Shown here: positions 50,844-64,000 of the stretch, in pieces | Layout: the number at the start of each line of letters is the position of its first letter | Position numbering within the stretch: position 1 is the first letter of the stretch | Assembly (NCBI RefSeq): GCF_009834535.1 | Contig: NC_045718.1 | Coordinates: forward strand, 18,042,001-18,106,000 | Direction of reading: 5' to 3' | Length of the DNA stretch: 64,000 nucleotides | From: Camelus ferus | Taxonomy: Eukaryota | Notes under the pieces: generated by a model | What the model was told of the DNA's origin: nothing | What the model saw: the letters and a program-made list of their open reading frames with translations, nothing else | Database searches by the model: none | Program-made: the position numbers and the translations under genes

Positions 50844-53439
50844 CACGCGGCTCAGCCTTTCAACAGCAAGCAGGGAGCAGGGAGCCTGTTCAGAGGCTGC
50901 GGCATCCACTTGCCTGCCTAGCCTTCCTGGGGAGCCAGGAGCTCTGCTTTGACTCTGTCCCCAGCTACTCCCCTCCCTTCTCCACCGCCAGAGCCCTCCT
51001 GGAAGGCAGCTCACGAGAAGAGAAGCAGGCACACTGTGTCCTGGGCCCAGGGACAGGTGACCTTTCCAATTCAGCACCTTTATAAATCTTACCTAATGAA
51101 GTTAAGGGGGAAAAAAAGAATTAATGAATAAATGAAGGTTAAATCACTCCCTGCAGAAAATTGATGCTGACAGCGAGGGCCAAGTAGAGAGCTTGGAAAG
51201 CAGGGAGCTGACTTGCACAAGAGGCTTTTAAAATTCCTTTCCCCTGAATTCCAGGGAGCGGTAAGGCTGGCCAGTTCTGAGATGGGCATTGAAGGCTTTG
51301 GGAAGTCCAAGGCAGATGGCATGAAGGGGATGGAGTCAGAAAGCCATATTCTACCTTGGATCATTTTTTCCAATACACTTATTGTGCTTACAATACACAT
51401 ATGGTGCAAGCGCGAACGCGCTCGCGCGTGCGCGCACACACACACACACATCCCCCACACAGGGGTGCTGTATACACAATTAACTCCTGCAGCCCAGCCC
51501 ATCAAGACATGGGGAGTTTGAGTCCTTCTGGCTCATTCCTGGCCTCCTGGAACCTCGATGGTATGCCTTCTTGTCAGCACCCACTTGTTAGCCATCCAGG
51601 TCTCCTTGTCATCTCTACAGTTGTCACCACCCCCAACCGTTACCCCCACATGCACTGGGAATGCACACCTCAGCCCAGTGGGCTCAGAGGGGCCATAGAT
51701 GAATGCATATCTGGCCTCAGGGAGGAAAGAGAAAGAAAAGCAGAAATAGCTGCTGGCCACAGCAATCCAGCCAGGGTCGCACTTAGGGGCAGGGAGTGGG
51801 AGAGGTTATGAGGAAGTGGATGAAAAACAGGAGATACCTGGTAAAGCTCAAAGGGCGGAATCTGGGATGAGACACTGGGAGAAACCTAGGTGCCTCTAGG
51901 CAGTGCTGTTGACCTTCAGGTGCCCCTGGGGCAGGTCACCTGCCAGCTGAGATCTCAGTTTTAGCTCCACAGTGAGACAGGGTTGGAAGAGGGGGTGTGC
52001 AGAAGAGAATCGGCAGCAGAGATCCTCCCTGGTGGGAGCACGGAGCAGGAAGATCAATAATTCTGGTTCTTCCTCCTCTCTGTGCCCAGAGGTTTTTAAG
52101 ACTCTGATCATGAAGACAAGGAGGCTCAGAGGGCCCAGCACAGCTTGCCCGTGCTATGTGTGACGGGGCACGGGAGGCAGGATGCCAGCGCCGGGCTGAT
52201 GGCGGGGTGGGGATGTTGAGGGTGGGCTGCGGCAGGGAGGCGGGAGGCAGAGACACCCAGAGCCAAGAGCTGACTAGATCAACCAGTAAATAAAAGGTCA
52301 CAATGATTTTTCCAGGCACCCAGGGAGAAGCAGACAGAGCTCTGCTGACGGCACGAGCTGACAATTGGCAAATGAGCCTCTGCAGTTATCTGTTTCCCTT
52401 CCTTATTCTTGTCTCATAAGACAGAGGCTAGAAATAGATGCAACTGGCAGATGACTTAAGGATGAAAAATGAGCAACATGTGGGGAGAGGGGTGGAGGGG
52501 GGCTCAGTGGCAGCGAAACGGGAAGCTCCTGAGTGAACCAGAGGGAAGGAACAGGGCTTAGCTGGAACCGCTTCTGGGGTCTGGCTCTTGCCCCGTCCCA
52601 GGCACTTTGCAGGGATGAGTCATTTAATCTTCTCAGCCACGCTGCCAGGCAGGTATTATTGTTCTCCCCACTTCTCAGGAGAGAAAACTGAGGCTGAGAG
52701 AGGAAAAGCCAGGCCCTACTGAAGAGTGGTGGAGCCAAGAACACAGGCCCCAGTGCTTCTAAAGATGAGCTGTTTTCACCACTCTACAATGTCTCCTTTC
52801 CCTACGCTTTGGTCTCTCTTTTCTTGTCCCCTTTCTGCCCTTTCCTCTCTTCCAGACCCTCAGTGAGTGAGTGAGGGCCAAACGCTATAATCTCTCTCTG
52901 GGAGACAGAAGTACCCAGACGGGCCAGGTCTCTGCCATCAAGAAATGTTGGAATGATGGACCGAATGAATGGAACGGATAATCTGTCTTTTCCTTTCCCA
53001 TGAACTTGAGATGAGCAGAGGTTTTCCTTGCCATACGGTGGGAGAAGTGGCTGGCCGGAGGGGGACTGGACTGGCCTGATCACAAAGGGCTTCAGCATTG
53101 GGCTCTGCCCAGGGCTGGCACCTTTTTCCTTGACTGTGCCGCGTAGCTCTGTGTCCTGTCCGGGGCCGGGCTGGTGAAGGAGGGACACCGAGCAGTGGGC
53201 ACAGGCTTGTTTCCTCCCAGGTTCTGTGCTGCAGCGGCAGGGCTGGGGGAGCCTTTGGCGCCTTGTCTTTGGGCGGAGGCTCCTTTCTTTTGGTGAGGGT
53301 AGGTGGGCTGAATCCACTCAGAGGCTGACTGCCTGTGTGCTGTGGATATTCCGCGAGGACGGATGCCTCCTAATCACTGACTTCAGCTCCAACAATATCA
53401 CATTTGGGGGAACAGTTCTGAATACGCTGAACCCTTCCA

Positions 53440-53640
53440 AGCCTCCATGCTTTCCTTCACTTGAGAAATGTTTCTTTACTCTTTACTCGACTCAGTGAAC
53501 CCCTCTTCCTGATTCACCTAGAGCATCACCTCCTCCAGGAAGCCTTCCTTGGCTCTTTTGGAAAGCACCCTCTCACACATTCCCAGTGCTCTGCATGCTG
53601 TGCTGTAAGTTTGTTGTCCTATAGATGTGTATGTGTCCTG
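53440..53640 (+). mobile_element. L2 fragment
   Basis: catcacctcctccaggaagccttcc hallmark with surrounding degenerate L2 sequence. Confidence 0.55.
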
Positions 53641-56078
53641 CATCTGCATGTGTGATTTTGTGAGGACAGCTCTGTGCACACAATAGGTCCTCAAAGGTTG
53701 TTGATAAATTACTCGGTGGCTGAGTGGTTAACATTGTTCTCGGCCCTGCCCATTCTTCCCTTTCCAAACTTCCTTCCACCTGACTCTCAACTCTGTCCAT
53801 CTCCCTCTTCTCATCATTAAACATTACTTGAGGGACAGAGACTGAACCCAGACTGTTTGCTAAGCCACCGACAGCTGATGCCATGGCCAGTTCTCCTCGA
53901 CCTGGTGCAAATTTCCAGCCCCAACCTGATGGCAGAGGTGGGAAGGGGGAATAACCAGGAGCAGGAGTGAGGCAGGTTACTCCAGGCAGAGTGGCAAAGG
54001 CTTGGGGAATTTAAGTATGTGGCATGCAAAGCATGAAGTAGAGACCACTGGGTCCCCGAGCTGGGCAGGCTACAGAAAGATCAAAGGGCCAGCTGGAAAA
54101 ATGCAGCCAAGTGGGGCTCTGAAAACAGCACGCCCCGAGGAGAAGCACAGACCGCTTCTCCCCCAGTGAGCATAGACCTTCCCTGCGGCACAAAAGAGCC
54201 ACGATATCTTTCCACATCCCTGGAACACACAGCGATTCTTGTTCTCACCTCACTCACCCCCATGCACCCCTGTCTCACAGGCACACGCACACCCAGACCC
54301 AGGTCAGCCTCCAAGGGCATGCACACAGAAACTGCGTGACATACATTCACGGCTACAAAGGATGTATCAAGTGTCATGGCCGCGGGGGGCTTTCAAATAC
54401 ATTTTCTCGATGGGGAAACTGAGGCTCTGGTTGACCTTAACTCAGATGCACTCGTGAGATGCTTCTGCTGATTAACTGAAAGCAGGATCCTAACTCAGCA
54501 CTCCCCCATCACTCACCAATCACCCCACCACCCTTCCACTTCCTTCATCTCCACCAACTCCCTGGCAGCTCAAAGTTGGATTCTAAGTTCTGTCCCTCAG
54601 ACCAGCCCCAGAGAGAAAGCTTGTCTGACAGGCAGCATGTGTAAGCAGCTGGTCAGAACTCACAGGCAGTGAGGAAACCCCTCTGCACCCCCAATATTTC
54701 TGCAAACCAGCATGGCAGTCACTTCTGGCTGAGCAGCTCAGAGTCCTTTCTTGGGAGAAATTGACCAGCGGTCAGTTTCCCACATCGTGGGAACCCTGTG
54801 TTCAAGGAACCTCTCCTGGATAAAAGGCCCGTCCTGCATGGGTACCAGAACCACCCCTCACGGAGGAAAGAGCCTCCTCAAGTCACCCAATGCCCAACAC
54901 CCACCTCCCCAGGCTCTCTGGGAGGTGGGGGCGTGTGGTATGGGCCAGTGTGCCTCAGAACTTAAAATCCCACTTCACTCCAAGGGCCCACTGACTCCCT
55001 GCTTCTCCCTCCCCTGACACCCAGTGCATCTCTCGACACCTCTGAAATGGAATCTTCATATCACAGCAACGGTCCTAGTCATCAGTGGATGGAAATAACT
55101 TTTCACGACGGCTTCTCTGATGTTGCCATCTTTGGTGCTGATCAAAACAACAAAACGAATCAGACTCTTGGCATCTGATTGAAGCCTAATTGGAAATCCA
55201 AAGTGGCACTAAATGTTATAGTCTAAATAAAACACATTCAATTACAGAAACTCAGCACGGGAGCCTGAGGGAGAGCTCTGGTAAGGAGCTAAAACACAGG
55301 CTGCAGGGTTCTGGGGTGTCACTCTGGGAGCCCCCCCATTTGGCTGGAGAAGACTCAAGATGGCAACACAGATGGCCTTCTAGAGCCCCAGAACCCCTGG
55401 GTAGGGCCAGTGAGTGAGCGGATACCTGGTTTCCAGATTGCCTGGTTCACACTGGGAGTCGCATCTAAGAGGCTGAATCACATGCAGTGCCTCTCACAGG
55501 TCCTGTACCTGCCCTCCTTGCAAAGGTGGTCCTTTGCAAGACAGGCCAAGCTGTGGGTGGTGGTAGAGAGAGGAGAGTCCTGACCTCACCCACTGGGTGC
55601 TCTGAACGGGCCTCCTTGATGGTGGGGGGAGGGCAGGTGGAGCAGGAGCTCTGCAAACACAGGGACCTTCAATTCAGCCAGGCTCTGCCTCCTAGGAGTC
55701 CTGTGAATGGCCTTGCTCTGGTTGATGAACCTTGCCACCCTTGACTTCCTCTGGTATCACATGTTGGGTGATAATACCTGTCTTTCAAGGTTGCTGTAAG
55801 GAGCTGAGATCACACTGTACAGGATAAAGAGCAGCTTCCTGGGACGCGGGGCCCTCCCTCCCTCCCTCCACTCTGACCACCAGACACTTCCTGCAACTGG
55901 ACAGGTCAGGCCTGGGCAGGGCTCACTTTTTTTTTTATTGTTTTTTTAAAGAAAACAGTGCACAATTTTGATGTCCTTGAGGGTGTGAAGTGAGGAGTAG
56001 GGAGTCTGAGCGGGTCTGGAGCCTTGAGAGCTGTGGGTGGAGAGGGAACAGGAGGAGCCAGCCTTCTGCACCCTCGCA

Positions 56079-56094
56079 GCAGCCAGGGGGCGCC
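56079..56094 (+). promoter_or_regulatory. Candidate CTCF site
   Basis: GCAGCCAGGGGGCGCC is a near-consensus core, preceded by ctgcaccc. Confidence 0.55.
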
Positions 56095-56469
56095 GTCTCA
56101 GGAAGCGGGACCCGGCTTCCGTTTCCTAAGTGTGTTTCCTAGTGGGGAATCCTAGCCCCTGCTGAAGGCCAGCTTGGTGACCCTGGGCAAATTACTTAGA
56201 TTGAGTTTCAGTTTTCTGATCTGTAAAAAAAGGCAAGGACAATACTGCTTATCCCAGGAGATTGTTGTCTTAGCTGAGGTCATGCTTGTAAACTAAAGTA
56301 AGAAAAACATGACCTAAATGTTCGCTTTCAGCACATCTTAAATTAGGTAGAGCTGAGAGGCATAGCAGGGTAGTTAAGTTTCTTTTTTAGGTGTGGCTCT
56401 AAGTGCTGCATGATCGGCAGGGTGTGGCCTGATGATTATGCATAGGGGCACAACCGTAAAAATATAATT

Positions 56470-56680
56470 ACTACTACTAACATTTACTAAGCAGGTTAAT
56501 ATATACCAGGTAATTTTCAGAGTGCTTTTTATGTATTAAGTCACTTAATTTAATCCTCAAGCAGATACCATAATTGTTCTTATTTTATACATGAGGCAAT
56601 TGAAGCACAGAGAGGTAAAGCAACTTGCGAAAGGTCACACAGCAGCAAGTGATGGAAACAGGACTTGAACCTAGGCAGGC
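56470..56680 (-). mobile_element. MIR SINE
   Basis: taacatttactaagc..tttaatcctca..attttatacatgaggcaattgaagcacagagaggtaaagcaacttg..aggtcacacagc..ggacttgaacctagg. Confidence 0.8.
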
Positions 56681-57253
56681 AGGCAGACAGGCAGCCTCCA
56701 GAGCCCACCCTTCATGGTGGCCAGGAGACTGCCCATCATCAATTACTATCTGCTTCTTCACACTCTGGCTTGGTAGATACGATACTCCTGTCTCTAGGTC
56801 TCAAGTGTTACTCCCCTCTCAGGTCTCCTGTCCTCATCTATAAATGGAAGGATTGCTCTTCACTAGATAGTCTCTGAAGCTCCACCAGCTCTGGATTGCT
56901 GGGTCAGGGAGAGGGTGAGTCCTTGAGTGACCCCAAGTATGGAGGGACAAGGACAGGGCCGCTCCCTGGTTGGTGTGAGTTACTTCAGTCATTAAGCACA
57001 TTGTGTATCTCTGCCATAGCACTGCTCCCTTTATCCTGTAATTGATCAATACATCATTCTTCCTCACCAGAATGGGGCCTCCCTGAGGGCAGGGCTTATA
57101 TTTTATTTATCTCTACACAAAAGCACACTTAACAGTGCTGTTATTGCATTGTAAAGAGCAGAAAGAAATCAAGAAGGTACCTATCTTCAGGGCAGCCCTA
57201 GCTATAAGATCTTTGCCAGAATATTAGAGAGACTGCCCTGTCTATATCTGCAT

Positions 57254-57352
57254 ATGCAAATGACTTGTCAGTGGACAGCTCTATGCATTATACATGGTAG
57301 ACACTGAACGGTCTGTTGAATGAATGAGTCTGTATGCAAATGACATGCAAAT
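57254..57352 (+). promoter_or_regulatory. Cluster of three perfect POU octamers (ATGCAAAT)
   Basis: ATGCAAAT at 57254-57261, 57334-57341 and 57345-57352. The motifs are certain; function is inferred. Confidence 0.5.
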
Positions 57353-59604
57353 TCCCCCCTATTTTAATTTGACCCTTGGGAACATCTTCAGGGACTCCCT
57401 TCGGGCCCCAGGGTTGTTTTAATTTTTTTTTTTTTAATTGAAAGTCTTTTAACACAACCAGTTTTCTATCTTGCCTGTGCTGAGTGAAGCTGTTGTCAAG
57501 TTGAGAAAAGAATGCTGGGCTGGACCAAGGTTAATTAGGATTAATTCTGGTTCTTCTGGTGATTCAGAGGGTGTTCTAGGAAGTGACTTTTCTCTCTGGG
57601 CATCATTTTCCTCATCTTTATAAAGGGGAGTGGGTTCCTTCTGATATTGAGGTACACTGATTTCCCATCTCTTAGTCATAGAATGTCATTCTGGGCAGTC
57701 AGAATGTCAGAGTCCAGCAATCCTACCTAGAAAAAGAAATTGAATCCTTTGACAAGGATTAGAGAAAGAGTCTCCAGCCCCCCTGCTCATTTAGAGAAAT
57801 GAGGTTTTTTGGCACCAGTTCTCCCAGCCTGGGCATTGTATTCAATCATTTCTTTCCAAACCAAAGGATTTTAAAATAAGAGGCTGGAGTTTTCTCTTTT
57901 AAATACAACAAGCCAAGCGTCTGATTAATAGGGTGGGTTTGCATTTCCTTTCCCTCATGTGAAAATATTTATAAAAAATGCTCCAATGAGAACATTAATA
58001 GCCAGGGAATCAGCTCCGTGTCATCCTCTTTGTTCCCTGACATTTGAAATGGGGGGAAAGAAAGCGGGGAAAACCAAAACCCTGGCTTGGAGAGGTCCCC
58101 GCGCCCCCTCCCCCAGGAGGCAGGACCCCACCCCTCCTTTGGGAAAGATGCTGAGATGAGCCCTCAGCTCCTGGGCCACACTGGGGTCCCGCCTCCTTAA
58201 CCAGAAACACATGTGCATCAAAGGCTTGGATTGAAAGTGACACATTTGAAAACAAAAGTGCAGCAGAAATTCACTTATCCTCACTTTCCTAATCCACAAA
58301 GTCTGTAATTCTCCCCAAGTCCCTCAGGCTCTGCTCCAGCCCCTGTCTCCTCACGTTCTCTCTCCTCCCCGTGGCCCAGCCCAGGCCTCCCAGCCCTGGC
58401 AGAAGGGAGGGCTCCTGTTACTGGGACTTCCAACCGCCTTGTAAAAATACACCTTGGCACGCTCTGCCTGCAACCTGGGAAGCCTTATCGCCTGGACTAA
58501 ACAAATGTGCACAATCAAAATAATAGTCTGAGATGTCAAAATAAATGAGCAGGGGACATCTGGAAGTACGGTTCCCGGCATTTTTTTCTTTCCCTTCCCC
58601 AAGACTTTAGATGCCTAGGGGCTTGGCAGTTCGGTGGCCTTGGCCACAGGTAGGAGACTTACTACCCTTACATCACAATAGGCCCTTTGAAAAGGCTTCT
58701 TATTTTTGGCCCCAGGTCCAGGCTTGTAGTTGACAGGCCCTCCCCCAAACCAAAGAAGATTAGCTCCCTGGTGAAACCAGCTGGACACTGCTGGGGTGGC
58801 ATGCTGGAGGCGCCTGGTCTGTCCTTCCATCCCTCTCCCCACCCTGCAGAGGGCCTTAAACCAGTTCAAGGAGCTGGGGGGACTGGGGTGTCTCTCCTGT
58901 ACTTGAGACCTTCAGAGAGGGGTGTTTTCATAATCTTTCTAAGTAATTTTGATTTCTGATAACTCTGGACCAAAGTTCTTCTTGCCCCAACTCTCTGAAA
59001 TTACTTAAGGCCGGGGTGGTTAAAAAGTCAATTTCCTGTCACCCATGGGGGTGAAGTCCCATTGCCCTGCTTGTGAAGGTGGACCATCCGGGAGGACTGT
59101 GCTCTGAGTGAGCTGATGCAGCGTTGTCACAGGAAGACTGCCCGGGACAGCGCTCGAAGATCACATGCTACTGTCTGGACAGCTTGCAGGCAGTGTGACT
59201 CTCTTCCTGATGGACTCCTTCAACGGCTTCCCAGAAGCACTTTCGGACCAATGTTTGATGTGGGTCTCATTCAGGACTTAACGATCAACAGCAAGCTTTA
59301 GCGCTACTGGCACTTCCCCATGAGTTTAGGGAAATCAAACCCATTCTGGCGACTCTGGACTTGGGTGTTGGGTGTTGCACAATGTTGAAAGGACAGCCAG
59401 CCCGCTCCAGGCCCTGCGGGCCTCATACTTCCCATCTGGGATAAGGATGGGTGATCTTTGAAGTCCTTACCAGCTCTGATGCTCTGTGGTTCATGACCCT
59501 GGGAGACAGGAAGCTATTGTTTCTCAAAGTGTGGTCACGGGCTACATGTACCAGGGGTGATGGGCAGTGGAGAGGTGAAGAGGCAGGTAGGGGGGAGAAC
59601 CACA

Positions 59605-60036
59605 TGACTTCTAAGGCTAAGTCATGGAAAACACTTCTGCCTGATTTGTGGGAACACTCACTGTCAGAGTCCTGAGGAACCATGTCAGCCAAGAGCTATC
59701 ATGCTCAAGAAGTCTGACCATCTTGAAGCCATCATGCTGTGAGGAAGCTCAAGGCACCCTGGCCGACAGTCCCAGCTGATCCCAGCCTTCTAGTTCCCAG
59801 CTGCCACACATGTGAGAGGAGAAGCTTCCAGGTCATTCCAGCCCTGGTGGTTCTAGTCACCCCAAGCCATTCATGCCATCCCAGCAGAGATGCCAAATAT
59901 TGCAAGGAAGAGAAAAGCCCTCTTCGGTGCGCCCTGTCTGAACTCCTGACTCACACAGTTTGTGAGCATATGAAAGTGGTTTTTTACGCCCTTCAGTTTT
60001 GATGTGGTTTGCTACATAGCAATAAATAACCAGAAA
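59605..60036 (+). mobile_element. MaLR LTR (MLT1H/I/J-like)
   Basis: ctaaggctaagtcat, aagaagtctgac..gccatcatgctgtgaggaagc, cctgtctgaactcctgactcaca, gtttgctacatagcaataaataac. Confidence 0.75.
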
Positions 60037-60599
60037 ATATGTTGACAACTGACACACATACAGGCATCGGAACTGGTGTCTGAGCATCCACTACTCGGAG
60101 AAGGGCAGTCCCACCTTTTACAATGCGCGTGAGACTTGGTTTACTTACTTGGAGAAGCCAAAAATGGAAAGCCCCAGGGGTAGCCCCTTTCTGGCCCAGC
60201 GTCCACACATGCAGCCAGTCAGGGGCCTGAAGTCGCTGGGGGGTGACCAGGGCTCAGAGTCCCCCTCCCCTTTCACCACAGACGCCTGGAATACTGGCCT
60301 CACACATGAGCCCAGGGCTGCCTCCGCCTGTATCAAGGGGAGTGGGACTGTTTAGTCTGCTGGGCACATTCCTGGATTTTTAAAAATAAATAGCAGATTA
60401 TGAGTGACTTAGCCGAAGCCTGTCATTCGGCCAGGCCAGAAGCTTTCTGAGGTATCCCTGGGGAGGGAGAAGCAGGAATATTAGGTTGGAGGTGTTTGCC
60501 TGAGACTGGGATCTCTGCCCCAGCCATGATTTATAGTGGAGATGCTTCGAGCTCTCTCTGGGCTCCCAGAAGTTCTAATGCTACTACTAGCAGCAACAT

Positions 60600-60853
60600 G
60601 ATAATGATAATAATCATTACCACTGATTGAAAGCACTGACTGCGTCTTGACACAGTGCTAGGTAATTTATATGTAGTCTCTCAGTCCTCATGACAGTTAC
60701 CATTACTAGGCCCATCATACAGATGAAGAAACTGAGGCGGAGAGAAGTGAGTAACTTTCTCAAAGCCATATGCCTAGAACGTGGCGATGGATTGAGTGGA
60801 GGTCGGTCTGCCTCCTGTGCTCCAGCTCTTAACCACTGTGCTATTTGCCTCTC
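60600..60853 (-). mobile_element. Near full-length MIR SINE
   Basis: cccatcatacagatgaagaaactgaggc..agaagtgagtaactt..ccagctcttaaccactgtgcta. Confidence 0.8.
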
Positions 60854-61544
60854 CAGGCCTCGAAATAGACAGCAGCATCCTGGGCCCTCACCCACCCCAA
60901 ACACACACACACGTCCCCATCGCCAGCCTTTCTGTGGTTCCCAACATCCTTTCCAGCCTGCATGGAGCTGTTCTCCACCGTGACTCCCTTTTTCCATTTC
61001 ACCCTTCGCTGGATCATTTTATGCCTCTATTCCCTCTGCTAATTCAAACTAATTAAAGTATAAAATAGAATAATTGCTTCCATCCCCATACTCTTTTCCC
61101 ATCCACCACGAGTACAGAGTTATATTCCCTTTCTGGGAGTGGCCAGTCTGACAAGTTGGGTGGAAACTGGGGCTATCAAGTTTCTTTTCATCTTGTGGCT
61201 CAGTTTCTCATTTGGCTCGTAGCCTGAGTTTCCCTGGACTCGCTGTCTGACTTCCATTAGATGCTGAGGATGTGGTAGCGACCTGTATTCCCTCCTGTAA
61301 CATCTGCTGGTCGATTTGCTGTTGAGGAAGGTGGGGTGGATTTTCTAGGGAAGAAACGCATCCTATCCATGGAGCATCTGGGCAAATTAGTAGGATTGGG
61401 GAATCAGTTCCCAAATGTTCCCCTGAGACTGACCGGCCTTCGATCTATTAACAGTACATTAACATCGACTTGTTAGGCAGTGGCACGAACGACCCAACAC
61501 TTCTTACTAGTCCTATTTCTTAATTACATTTAATTAACTGAGAA

Positions 61545-61566
61545 AGAGAGAGAGAGAGAGAGAGAG
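61545..61566. repeat. (AG)11 microsatellite
   Basis: Counted directly. Confidence 0.9.
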
Positions 61567-64000
61567 CATGCTCCTATGAGCTCTACTGGCTTGTTCTAGC
61601 TCTGTGGGGCTGAAAACCTCTCCAGGCAAAACGTGAGACCAGAGACTTGGTTCCACCTTCACGTGGCACTGAGGATACAACAGGTACCATGATTTGGGAA
61701 AGGGGGAGGAGGACAGAGAGACAGGATCTGGGGACACGGTGAAGGCAGGGATGAGAGCCCAGAGATTTGCTGTAAAGTGAAGTGATGGGAAACCCCATTT
61801 CCACGATGCTTTATAAGGTCTTAGGTCATTTTAGAGAACTTCAAAGTCTTCAACCACTGCCCCAACACAGGAATACGCTTCTCCACAACCAGCCAGCATT
61901 TCTAGCCTCGCTGCAGTGTTCACCCTTCAGGGAAGAAGTTCATAAGAGCGCACATGGCTTCATAAATCTCCCGTTCAGAAAGTTCCTCTTTTGATCTAAC
62001 CTCAAGGCTGTTTACTGTGCTTTCGGTGTCGTCTTAGGGGGTTGGAGAAGAGCCCCAACCCCAAGACTGCAGACAAGTCTCTTTAAGGTCTGATAGAGCC
62101 TCCAGAGTTAGATTTATTATCTCCATCTTTCAAGCTGAGGAAACTGAGTTCCTGAGAAGGTAAGGGTCTAAGTCACCAGCTGGTTAAGGCTGGCCCCAGA
62201 CTAGAACACAGGCCCCCAACTCGGCCCGGGGCTGCTGACAGTGCTGTGCTGGCATTTCTTTCTTCCTGAATTACCGCCCTCCTGAGTGCTGGGACCACAA
62301 GGCTGAGAGCTGGAAGAGGCCCTACGGAACTCAACGGTGAGTATTTGTGGTGTGGGAGGCAGTGTAACTGAAATCCCTTGTGTGCTGTTTCAGCCGAGCC
62401 CCTGGGAGACACACTGAGTTGGAGTGACTTGTCTAAGGCCACCAGCTCTAAAATGTTGAGATGGGCTCTAAATCAGAGCCCTGGACCTTGGAGACAATCC
62501 TATTATGAGAAGCAACTCCTTGATTGTAGAAGGGAGAAAACTGAAGCTGGGAGGGGTCAGAGGTCTGGTTACAGCAAAAGCTGGACTTGAACCCATGTCG
62601 TCTAACTTCATTTTCATTGATTACTCTCCTTCTACACATTGAACTGTTTCCTTGAAGAGGTCCGAGCTGCCTGTGATAACTCTGTACTCACAGCTGCTTG
62701 GCCTCAGACGGATGGCCCTCATCCCTGGACCCAGCCCGCGGTGAAGTCACCAGGACCGACTCTACTCAGTGTGCGGCTCTCCAGTTCTCAGGCGTCCGAG
62801 AGCTGTACCACCAAGGCCCCTGACTCTGCCCGCGGATCGCAGCTCCACCTGGCACAGGGAGCTCCCTTGACGAATCTCTCAGCTGAGATAGCTGCATGGC
62901 AGTAAACCCAGATTATTCCTACATCTGCTCAGCATGCCTGGCTACTACTGGGCAGCGGAGGCAGAAGGTAAGAACAAAGGAGGGGATATTTAGAAATAAG
63001 CTATGTGGACACTTGGTTTAGCCTGAGCTGATGCTCTCAGAGACGACATCAGATACGGTTTCGAGAGGTCATTATATTCCCCGAAGGCTATTTATCAGCT
63101 TCCAGCCCTCTCTCCTTTGGTCACATTTTGAATGCAATTTCAGAAGGCATCTCATTTGAGTAAAAGATATGCAGTCCAGATAGGTGCCTTGGCATCTCCT
63201 CAGTTCCACTGAGGTCTCACTGGTCACTTCAATCTGCTGTTTCTGCTTTCCCACTTCATAGGATTCAGAGAGCCCAAGAAAGAGCATTTACCCAGCGTTA
63301 CCAGCCCGGTCCTCAGCCACACAGAATGTCTTCGGAAAATATCATGGATACTGTGGGTCGGTTTGATCCCTCTGGCCAGCCTTTTATGCACCTGTCTAGG
63401 GGACCATCCATTCACCTAGCCTTCTATCTGTATATATATTCCTGCAGAAGCATCTGGAATGGTATTCACCCAGTGTTACCCTGGTGTTACCATCTTGGGG
63501 TGTGGGGGTTGGGGAACTGTTACTTCCTTTTCTGTATGTATTGTTTGAATTTGTATGGTGCTCATCTCCCATTTTTGTATAAGAAAAAACCTTTCGTCTA
63601 TAAACAAAGAAGAAACAGAAGAAAAGGCAGAACATTTATAGCCACCAATCTGATGATACAGACATCTGGGTACATGTCTCACTCCCTTGTTACACGTAAG
63701 TAACTTAAGAGTAGTGACCAAGCGCCATTCATTTTGATATTTTTTCCAGTACGTTCTTCCCCCAAAAAATCTATGCCCAGTAATTTTTTTTAGGGTTCCA
63801 AGTTCCTATCTGGGCCGTATTTTAGTCTCAACCACAGCATCTACATGAAAGAAGGTAAAAAGACAGGTGGGTTCAAGAGGAGCCGGGTGTAATTTACATA
63901 TAATTAGCATAAACTATTCTCAAGAAGTAATTTTCAAGTTCGAGTTGCATCCCTGCTTCCCTCATGCTGTCATGTGCCCATTCACCTCCTCCTTCCTCCC

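Overview
Mammalian genomic DNA, very probably camelid (a vic-1-like tRNA-derived SINE is present). The whole window lies inside Plexin-A2 (PLXNA2) on the minus strand. Eight coding exons (about exons 5-12 by human numbering, recalled from memory) sit between 6.5 and 29.2 kb and encode PSI1, IPT1, PSI2, IPT2 and PSI3 of the ectodomain. All have canonical GT-AG sites, and the frames join correctly from exon 5 to exon 11. Positions 29195-64000 are one large intron (intron 4); exons 4 and 13 were not found and should lie outside the window. Exon 12 carries two 1-bp insertions that break the frame, most likely assembly errors. The introns hold ancient repeats (many MIR and L2, L1M, MLT1, hAT MERs), microsatellites, three N-gaps and several candidate regulatory or non-B DNA elements: a triple octamer cluster, two CTCF-like cores, and a (UG)23 tract beside a possible poison exon. 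I found no convincing new gene or new biological system. The findings are hypotheses from motif reading, without conservation data. Repeat boundaries and subfamily names are approximate and come from remembered consensus sequences.
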